In this document: positions 56,300 through 64,000 of the stretch, one piece after another
Layout: each line of letters starts with the position of its first letter
Numbering within the stretch: the stretch's first letter is position 1
Virus record (IMG/VR): IMGVR_UViG_3300044631_002422
Span: 64,001 to 128,000 of that record
Source: a virus
Length of the DNA: 64,000 nucleotides
Strand: one strand, 5' to 3'
Made by a program: the position numbers and the translations under genes
Notes under the pieces: model-generated
Databases searched by the model: none
What the model was told of the DNA's origin: nothing
Seen by the model: only the letters and a program-made list of their open reading frames with translations

Positions 56300-57214
56300 T
56301 TATATAGTTCCAGTAGATGTTCCACTAGCACATTCAACTGGTGGACAACCTCCTTGTGGGCATTGTTCTGGGCATCCAACCCACACTGGAATCCATTCAT
56401 AGTTTATTCTTGCCGCAACTACCCAAATTAAATCCCTTACATATTCTTGATACAAGCTTGGATCTCGATTAGTTATTTGACATTTTTCTAATCTTTGATT
56501 AGGCCATTTAACATTACCTGTTGATGGAGATGTTTCTCCAGTATCCCTGAAAACTTTAATTGAAAAATGTGTTGGGCTGCATGGTGTTGATGGAGCTACA
56601 ATTGCTTGTTCTGCGACACCACAAATCATATGATGACCCATGCTCCATACTTTTCTATCTCGGTCCCATTGTAGTGCGACTGGGCCGCTTTTCCATATTC
56701 CACGATTATTAACAAACTCAGGATTAATTTCAAAAGGCCGTCCTCCAGAATTAGGAACTGGTCTATCTACTAAGTCTGTTCCCCATCCGCTAACTATCAT
56801 TGGTCCACGATGATGACTTACGGCAACCTGAGTAATGCTAGATCTATCCACATTTCTTTGATTAACGTCGGCTCCTCCAGTTCCAGTACCGTTATTCATA
56901 ACCATTTGATAGTCATTTTCCATCATGAATCGCACTGGGCTTAAAGTAGACAATAAAGTTGAAAAATAAGGGTCAAGCTCTGCTCTTGTTGCTCCAAGAT
57001 GACCACTATTATATTTTCCTTTTGATCTTGTATCTCCTTGAGGAACTTCAAAGCTAGACATAAGACCAGAACGATTTTGACCTCCAGCAGCAATAACTAT
57101 CGGAGAATAAAGCTGTTCCACTCCAGTAATTGTATAGTTTGATGGAAATAATCCAGCGGCAGCGGCAGCATCTGATACTGTGCCAAATGATCCGCTTATA
57201 TCTTTTGATCCCAT
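56300..57214 (-). CDS. putative tail/baseplate protein
   Basis: In the structural block; RGPM.VSGWG.D, W.SGPV.L.WD; Cys-rich C-terminus. Confidence 0.55.
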   Translation of the reverse strand: MGSKDISGSFGTVSDAAAAAGLFPSNYTITGVEQLYSPIVIAAGGQNRSGLMSSFEVPQGDTRSKGKYNSGHLGATRAELDPYFSTLLSTLSPVRFMMENDYQMVMNNGTGTGGADVNQRNVDRSSITQVAVSHHRGPMIVSGWGTDLVDRPVPNSGGRPFEINPEFVNNRGIWKSGPVALQWDRDRKVWSMGHHMICGVAEQAIVAPSTPCSPTHFSIKVFRDTGETSPSTGNVKWPNQRLEKCQITNRDPSLYQEYVRDLIWVVAARINYEWIPVWVGCPEQCPQGGCPPVECASGTSTGTI

Positions 57215-57224
57215 AACATTTTCC

Positions 57225-59981
57225 TTATATATCGTTTTTGATATTTGATTGATTAACTCTTGCTACCGGTCGTACTAAATTGGAGAATGCAGACGAATTA
57301 GTATGAGCAGACTTAGCTTTATCCTGCATATCAAAATTTGTTTTTTCAAATTTTAACTTTGGAAATGGAGGACGTTCTATTTCACTTCTTAATTTTTGTG
57401 CGCGCGCCCAAGAGTTTTTATTTATCTTTGCTATTCTATCTAAATTGTATTTTGCTAATTTTCCAAACTCTGGTGTCCAAGTATTGAATTTATATGTTGT
57501 TTTTACTCCACCGGTGGCGTCTGCTGATATATCCATACCGCTAACATAAGGACCATCACCAACAAATCTTTCGCCTATATTAAATGATGGAGCGCCAGCA
57601 AGTTCGATACTGCCAGTTTCACTTTCATGCATTTTAGCAGTGGAAACTTGAGCATAAATACTTCCAGCTATACGCAAATCCGAATAGCTTCCGTATACTT
57701 CTGGTGTGAGTTGTGATATTTCAGAAGCTTCTGCTTTTCCGTCTGGGCTATAGTTACCTCTAACTAAAATACCGTCGATTACTGTATCTTCCTTTAATGT
57801 AATCCAAGGGCCATAATTAAATCTTTGGCTTTCTTGGGGGATTCCAAAATATGTTGGATCTAGTACATCTGGAGGAATAGCTATTTGCAAACTTTCTTTA
57901 CCCGATCCTATATATGTTATCGGTGGAATATTTATTCCAAGCAGCATTTGGGCGACATAAGTTAATCCAAAATCTGGGGTAGTAACATAATCAAATTCTC
58001 TTGGTTGACAACCAGTTTTAAACATCACTCCAAATGTGCCTGTATTTGACCCAAAACCGTATGCATCATTTGTATACCAAAAAGATTCACCATCCGGTTG
58101 ACCCTTTTTAGATATTACATTACCAGATGCTCTATTTACTCCCAGAGCATAATCAGAACCAAGAGGCGATAAATCTGGAGTACCACCATTTCTTCCCGCT
58201 AAAATTGGGTATCCAACACAAGCCTGCATTTTTCCACTGCCATCAAAAAATGAAGCGTCAACGGAAGGAGCATAAAGCCCATACTGTATAAAAGCAGAAC
58301 TAGCTACCGACCAAGACCTCATGTAATAAGTGTCTTCAAAATCTTCTTGGGGTGAATAAATATTGTATCTTGTATTTGCGCTTTCACTCGGAAGAAAAAC
58401 AAAATACTCTTGTTTGTAAGAATTGCTTGCTACGGCAGAAACAGCTGAAAAAAGTTTGTCAGACAAGGCGTTTTTCTCTTCATTCCATGCTTTGTTTGCG
58501 CGTTGCAAACTTGTGTTAACTGCGTCGTAACTATTTCCTATTCCTTGTACAAGTAAATTCAAAACATTGGCAGTAACTTCTTGCGAAGCTGTAAATGGGG
58601 CAGTGTAAATGTTCCATATCCCATTTGGCTCTTTTCTAGAAATTATTTCCATTGTTTTCCAGAATTGCCAAGACTCTTTTCCTTCAAGTGCCATTCTAAT
58701 TTCAAATGGAGTACATCTATATATTCCAAATCCAGAAATGTATATTCCTATGCCAGCAGGAGCCAATGGCGATCCATAAACAATACCAGACGAACCAACA
58801 ATATTTGGATTGTTTTTCACAACGGCAGAAGTTATATTACGTTGACCCCAAACAGCGTATCCGGCAATAGCTATGTCAACAGGATTATATTCTAAATATC
58901 TAGTTCTTCTTCCGCCCCAAATAATTTTTTGTGTTACAACATCAGCTAACTCTTTACCAACATTGTAAGACATTAATATTTTATCTTTACGATTTCGTAC
59001 TTCTTCAATAAACTGTTTGATTCTATTTGGTTCTGGCGGAACTGATTTATCTACAATTTGCAAATAAATTGTTGGCTTTAGGCTATTTGGAATTTGCGCA
59101 CCTCCATCTGACAATCCATCAATTCCACTTTCTGGCTGAATACTGTAATAATAATCAAATTGATGAAACTCTGCAAGCTCTTGAAATAAACTATTCACAC
59201 TTTTAACTGGACCCTGAAGTCTTAAAGCAATTAAATCTCTATCGGTCAAACCAATACCTCTATAAAAGTTCTCTAGATTAGAAATATTTAAAGCGTACTC
59301 TGTTGCAGAAGGAGAAAGTTTAGGGCCAGAATTTTGTCCAGAAAATCTGATTGGACCGCCCCAAGGACTATTATTGTATGGCTCATGTTTTATCAACAAT
59401 TCAACAGCCGACAAAATACTAAGAACTGGCATACCAGAAGAATTAAACCCAGAAGACCCAAAATTCCCACCGGATTCATTATAGTTTAAACCATAAATAG
59501 GGTTTTCAAAAAATGCAAAAAGATTGTACACATTGTAGTAATTTGTGTAAAATGAATGGAAAGTGGCAATATTTGTACTCGACTCATATTGATTATACTG
59601 ATTAGCAAATAAGTCAGTGGCTCCATTCCAATTTTCTATTATAAGTTGCACACCATCCATAAGTTTAGATGGAGACTCAAGAATAATATCATATGTTCTG
59701 CCAGATGATGGACTTTCTTTGTACGACCACCTTTGAAAGATACCACCAAAATAAAATCCGCCATATTTGAAATAACAGGCAGTGCCAGTTGTTGGAGAAT
59801 TTGGACCTCCGCCAAAAAACGGATTTCCATTTGCATCTTTTTCTAAAAGAACTCCATTTGTTTCATCTTCAACTAAAGTCATTTGAAGAGTTCCGCCTTG
59901 TCCATTCACTGCCATATTGACGGTAATATTTGATATGTAAATACCAAACATTTTTGGAACATAGCCTTTATTTATTATCAT
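57225..59981 (-). CDS. large tail-tip/baseplate hub-like protein
   Basis: 918 aa downstream of the tape measure; C-terminal E.GSIELAGAP...VSGMDIS...GVKTTYKF. Confidence 0.55.
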   Translation of the reverse strand: MIINKGYVPKMFGIYISNITVNMAVNGQGGTLQMTLVEDETNGVLLEKDANGNPFFGGGPNSPTTGTACYFKYGGFYFGGIFQRWSYKESPSSGRTYDIILESPSKLMDGVQLIIENWNGATDLFANQYNQYESSTNIATFHSFYTNYYNVYNLFAFFENPIYGLNYNESGGNFGSSGFNSSGMPVLSILSAVELLIKHEPYNNSPWGGPIRFSGQNSGPKLSPSATEYALNISNLENFYRGIGLTDRDLIALRLQGPVKSVNSLFQELAEFHQFDYYYSIQPESGIDGLSDGGAQIPNSLKPTIYLQIVDKSVPPEPNRIKQFIEEVRNRKDKILMSYNVGKELADVVTQKIIWGGRRTRYLEYNPVDIAIAGYAVWGQRNITSAVVKNNPNIVGSSGIVYGSPLAPAGIGIYISGFGIYRCTPFEIRMALEGKESWQFWKTMEIISRKEPNGIWNIYTAPFTASQEVTANVLNLLVQGIGNSYDAVNTSLQRANKAWNEEKNALSDKLFSAVSAVASNSYKQEYFVFLPSESANTRYNIYSPQEDFEDTYYMRSWSVASSAFIQYGLYAPSVDASFFDGSGKMQACVGYPILAGRNGGTPDLSPLGSDYALGVNRASGNVISKKGQPDGESFWYTNDAYGFGSNTGTFGVMFKTGCQPREFDYVTTPDFGLTYVAQMLLGINIPPITYIGSGKESLQIAIPPDVLDPTYFGIPQESQRFNYGPWITLKEDTVIDGILVRGNYSPDGKAEASEISQLTPEVYGSYSDLRIAGSIYAQVSTAKMHESETGSIELAGAPSFNIGERFVGDGPYVSGMDISADATGGVKTTYKFNTWTPEFGKLAKYNLDRIAKINKNSWARAQKLRSEIERPPFPKLKFEKTNFDMQDKAKSAHTNSSAFSNLVRPVARVNQSNIKNDI

Positions 59982-59991
59982 GTCCTAAATC

Positions 59992-61398
59992 CTAATTTGA
60001 TGGTTGATTATCTGTCCATACATAGTCAAGATTGAGTGTATAACTACCGCTAATTGGATTCCAAGTTTCAGTCATATTTTCTCTGTATCTTGGCTTGACC
60101 GATGGTAGGTATGTATCAATATAAGCAAGCGCACTAGCGGTTGGTTTTGAAACTCTATTATTTTGGTCCATAGTTACGTCCAAACCTATGCTACGCTTTC
60201 TTTCGCCAGTAGTTTGCATGTCTTGAATAACCGGACCATTTGTTTTTGCAATAATTGGCAAAATTGCAACAATGTTGTTTCCGCCGTCTTCATTGTTGTA
60301 GGTAATGTTTAAACTAACACTCGCAGCACCCGGAAATGGAACAACTCTATCGTTAAAAGTTTGTCCGATAGTTATAACACCATCTGTTCGATTGTCACTT
60401 CTTGATAAAGAAGATGAATTGATATTGAATGTTTTTGTTCCGCCAGCAGTTACATAAAAAGTACTTGCCCATGTCGATATATTAGGTTTTATGTAAGTAT
60501 TGTAAAACGCTAAAGCATTCGTGTATTTATCAACTGTTCCACCATTTAAATTCAAAGAAGACAAACCACTAACAGTAATATTTACTTCTACATTTTGCGC
60601 ATCGGCAGTTTGATCACCAGTAAAACTAAATTCTATTGTTGAAGTTGCTGGATACAAACTTGTTTGCCAAGTTGTTGTAGCGCTATAAGTGCCTTCAAGA
60701 ATATCTTGACTAATTTGAATTGTGCGATTGTATGTAGAATAACCAACTGGAATTTCAAGAGCTATTAATTGTGGCGACTTTGAAAAATCTTGAGGCACAG
60801 TAGTAATTGGGTTGGTAGATATTCTGCCTTGCACCCAAGCTTTAGCAGCAATATAACCAGAGGAACCGGCAGGAACAGTACCTCCAGAAAGACCGCGAGG
60901 TCTTCCTGTGGCAGAAAGAGTTTGTGTTATTGTAAAAATAGTTTGCGGAAGACCAGTTCCAATATCTGTATATGTTGTTTCGTCTACGCTACTTTCCCAG
61001 CTTTCAGATATATCAAGCAAATTTGTTTTGCTTAATGTGGCTCCGGTAAAGTCATAAGCCTCAAAATTAAGTGTATAGTCTTGATTTTGAATACCACGAC
61101 TTGTTTCATCTTGCTGGGCCGCTTCGGTGCTTAAAAGAAAACAATCTGTAAAAACAAGAGGAACAACACCGTTGATTGTAAGGGTTCCTATTTCCCCAAT
61201 TGTTTTTGCTATAGTTTTTACTTGAGCCTGAAGGTCGCTATTTAAAATCAAAGTTCCAATTACAGTAATGCTATACTTAACGCCAAGATCAACACTGTCT
61301 TTTTTTACAGGCTCTGAATTTACACTGTATGTTGGAGATGGATTGTTTACATTTCCAATGTCTATTTGACCGCCACTATATGTAAATGTTATTGACAT
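59992..61398 (-). CDS. putative tail protein
   Basis: Thr/Ser-rich, beta-rich; in the structural block. Confidence 0.55.
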   Translation of the reverse strand: MSITFTYSGGQIDIGNVNNPSPTYSVNSEPVKKDSVDLGVKYSITVIGTLILNSDLQAQVKTIAKTIGEIGTLTINGVVPLVFTDCFLLSTEAAQQDETSRGIQNQDYTLNFEAYDFTGATLSKTNLLDISESWESSVDETTYTDIGTGLPQTIFTITQTLSATGRPRGLSGGTVPAGSSGYIAAKAWVQGRISTNPITTVPQDFSKSPQLIALEIPVGYSTYNRTIQISQDILEGTYSATTTWQTSLYPATSTIEFSFTGDQTADAQNVEVNITVSGLSSLNLNGGTVDKYTNALAFYNTYIKPNISTWASTFYVTAGGTKTFNINSSSLSRSDNRTDGVITIGQTFNDRVVPFPGAASVSLNITYNNEDGGNNIVAILPIIAKTNGPVIQDMQTTGERKRSIGLDVTMDQNNRVSKPTASALAYIDTYLPSVKPRYRENMTETWNPISGSYTLNLDYVWTDNQPSN

Positions 61399-62123
61399 TA
61401 TTCGTAGCCTATTTCAAAAAGGGTTGTGGTTTTATTGGTAGGAGTTTTGATAAATAAAGTCGCTGTATTTGTGGTTAATGACCGCCCAGAAGCAAACATT
61501 GAAATCGCGGCAATTGGATTTGTTTGTTTGATAAACAACGGAATATCTTTTCCTTTATTGAAATCTGTTTCAATATACAAAGTAGTATTTGTTGTATTCG
61601 ATTGGTCGCCGCGAATGTACATCGAAATATTTTTGTTTGCAGCTGCGTACCCGCTTATATTTATCACACCCAAAAGCGACAGAGCGCCAATGTCCAAAGG
61701 GCTTGTACTACCACCTTGAGGAATTTCTGGCGGAACAGGGCGTGTTATGAACAAAGTAGTAAGAGTATTTTTCTCGATGTAATCTGGTCCACGCATCGTC
61801 AGTGTTGCGTTTGTTGCAAACACAGTATTTGGAATGCCATTCATTCTTAAGGTCAACGGATTAGCAATTGACGTTCCTCCATAATTTGGGTCGCCATTCA
61901 TATAAATTGGCATACTACTAGCGGAAATGCCATCCGATAATGGCAACCCAATAAATAAAGGAATTTCTGCTGACTTTGGGCCAGTAATAAAAAGGTTTGC
62001 AGTGTTAACAGTTTGATAAACAGGCCCAATAAACAAACTTATATCGCCAGAAGCATCTGGGCCTCCGCGTATTGTTAAACTTGCCGTGTTTACAGTTTCT
62101 AATCCAAATACCATTTTACCCAC
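61398..62123 (-). CDS. repeat-containing putative virion protein
   Basis: About 15 degenerate xxx(L/M)(F/Y)IxG repeats. Confidence 0.6.
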   Translation of the reverse strand: MGKMVFGLETVNTASLTIRGGPDASGDISLFIGPVYQTVNTANLFITGPKSAEIPLFIGLPLSDGISASSMPIYMNGDPNYGGTSIANPLTLRMNGIPNTVFATNATLTMRGPDYIEKNTLTTLFITRPVPPEIPQGGSTSPLDIGALSLLGVINISGYAAANKNISMYIRGDQSNTTNTTLYIETDFNKGKDIPLFIKQTNPIAAISMFASGRSLTTNTATLFIKTPTNKTTTLFEIGYE

Positions 62124-64000
62124 CAGCCTTGAAGTTGTTTAATCTTGAATCTAATTCTTGGGTTATTATTTCTTTTAGTTTGGGCGTAATAGCTTCGGCT
62201 ATTTGGTTTTTAAGAACGTCTCCATTCTGAATATTAAATGCCAAAGTCATATCACCGCTAAATTGATGAGTCACAGTCATTCCGGCAGAAAGAGCAGCAA
62301 CCAAACTATTTATTGACCCACCAATTGTACTAAATGCTGTTATAATGTTATCAATGTTATTTTGAAAATTATCACTAAACGTATCAAAAATAGCTTGCAA
62401 AGCTCCAAAATTGAAAGAAACACCGCCGCCAGTGGCCTGACCGCCATTTTGTAAATAATTCACGCCGCCTACTAAACCTCCTCTTTTAAATCCGGGAACT
62501 TTACCTTTGTTTAAAGAATCCATATAATTTATACCGTATTTTTGTACAGCGTTTTTATTTACTACAAATTCTCCCGCGTTTAACATCGCTGGAATAGTAT
62601 CTTCTTGACCAGCAACTCCACCAGAAGAATAATACGAAGGATAAAACCCTCTTGCTTCATATCTAGCGTTTTGAGCAGATGCCCTAGAATTGTATCTTGC
62701 TTGCTTAGCTTGCATTCTAAGCATATATCTTTGCTCTCTGGTCATCCCTGCCGGATTTTCTCTTGAATCTTGAAGATTTTGTTGTTGCTGAATAGCCATA
62801 TCTTGAAAATTCTTTTTTTGCAAGACCATCTGTTCAGCTTTTTGTTTAGCCATCAATTTTATTTGCTCAAATTCGAAATAACTTGGTTCTCTTTCAGATT
62901 GAGCAACAAAATTAGAGTATAATTCTTGACCAGCCTGAGCTTCAATCATAGGATCTATTTCAGTTTCGCTAGTATTAGAACTATCAACTGTAACAGCGTT
63001 ATTAATATTCAAAAAGCTATTTTGTTTTTTTAACTGTTTAAATTTATCTCTTTTAGCTTTTCTATCTAAAGCAAGCTGTTTTCTTTTTTCTGATATTCTT
63101 ACCTCTGCGGCTTTTTTTTCTGTTAATTTTTTCTGAGTAGACGAATAAGATGAAGATACAGAACTAGCTACTGAGGCTACACCTCCGCCAATATCATTAA
63201 TAGCACCTCCAACAGTATCTACTGCTGACGATATATTTGCGCCAATAGACTGAAACTTTTCTTTACTTGAGTCTAAAGATTGTTGTTTCATTGCCTGTAT
63301 TCTTTTTTCAGATTCAAGAGTTGCTTTTATGAAATAATCTTCAGGTATAGCTTCTTGTTTTTGAGATTTTGCTTGCTGTATTATGTTTAATAATCGGGCG
63401 TTTTCTAAATTTTCTGGAGTGGCAAGTATTTCAGTTCTTTCATTATTAGCAAAAATTTCGCCATTAATACCACGCCTTCCGGCAACAAGCTCATTGGTTG
63501 TTCGATATCCGCTAATAGTTCCTAATTTCTCCTTTTCTTTTTGAAAAGGCGTTTTGTATGTCATATCTTCAAAACTTTTCGCGACATCTTTAAATGGATT
63601 TTCTTCTGATTGTTGGTTTTTGAAATCTTTTATAGCTTGTATTCTATTAGCTAACCCAACTTGATCATAATCTGGATTTAAAAACCCAAAAGAGCCACGA
63701 CGAGCATAATCTTCAGATCTTTTAAAAGCTTCTTCAAATTTCATTTTTCCAGCAACAACCTCTTCTGCCAATCCTTGATAAACTTCACCTGAAGATCTGG
63801 TGTATTGTTTAGGCGCAGTTGGACCAAGAGATGCTATTTTAGCAGCTTCAATTTCTAGATTTTTAGGATCTGGATTTCTATTTTCCATTCCCATAAAAAT
63901 GGGCTGACTTTTTACTGAAGAAATAGCATTTTTAGCCAAAGACCTAGATGTACCAAGAGCATTTTCGCCCTTTTTCATAAGATCAAAAAATCCGGGATAT
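62116..64000 (-). CDS. tape measure protein, C-terminal part (5' end outside window)
   Basis: Frame stays open to the window edge upstream of ATG 63978; helical; SSGG...DTIPAMLNAGEFVVNKNAV..YG...LN.G..GF..GG.V motif typical of TMP C-termini. Confidence 0.75.
   Translation of the reverse strand, partial: YPGFFDLMKKGENALGTSRSLAKNAISSVKSQPIFMGMENRNPDPKNLEIEAAKIASLGPTAPKQYTRSSGEVYQGLAEEVVAGKMKFEEAFKRSEDYARRGSFGFLNPDYDQVGLANRIQAIKDFKNQQSEENPFKDVAKSFEDMTYKTPFQKEKEKLGTISGYRTTNELVAGRRGINGEIFANNERTEILATPENLENARLLNIIQQAKSQKQEAIPEDYFIKATLESEKRIQAMKQQSLDSSKEKFQSIGANISSAVDTVGGAINDIGGGVASVASSVSSSYSSTQKKLTEKKAAEVRISEKRKQLALDRKAKRDKFKQLKKQNSFLNINNAVTVDSSNTSETEIDPMIEAQAGQELYSNFVAQSEREPSYFEFEQIKLMAKQKAEQMVLQKKNFQDMAIQQQQNLQDSRENPAGMTREQRYMLRMQAKQARYNSRASAQNARYEARGFYPSYYSSGGVAGQEDTIPAMLNAGEFVVNKNAVQKYGINYMDSLNKGKVPGFKRGGLVGGVNYLQNGGQATGGGVSFNFGALQAIFDTFSDNFQNNIDNIITAFSTIGGSINSLVAALSAGMTVTHQFSGDMTLAFNIQNGDVLKNQIAEAITPKLKEIITQELDSRLNNFKAGG

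Overview
A 64-kb, AT-rich, gene-dense segment of a large tailed dsDNA bacteriophage genome using the standard genetic code. The host cannot be determined from this window. Bases 1-55196 are transcribed on the + strand. They hold small accessory, membrane and protease genes, a phage sigma-70-type factor, nucleotide metabolism (nrdA, nrdB, thyX, MazG-like, dNMP kinase, phoH) and a bacterial-type replisome and recombination set (2 SSBs, RecA, DnaB, DnaG, PD-(D/E)xK exonuclease, DnaE, DnaQ, putative annealase). A ~14-kb block of glycosyltransferase, methyltransferase and sugar-nucleotide genes follows. Bases 55262-64000 are on the - strand and encode virion (tail) proteins, including the 3' end of a tape-measure-like gene. 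Highlights: (1) DNA polymerase III alpha is encoded in three pieces. One break has no intein and houses a DnaQ exonuclease; the other is bridged by a gp41-1-like split intein flanking a free-standing Vsr-like homing endonuclease. (2) RecA carries a class-3 (WCT) intein that starts with Asp. (3) An atypical tRNA-like RNA has a much longer anticodon arm. (4) A recurring TG(T/C)GTATA(A/G)TA motif heads terminator-bounded 'late islands'. (5) One such island pairs a papain-like protease with a holin-like gene missing from the ORF track. All family calls are motif recognition by eye, not database searches.
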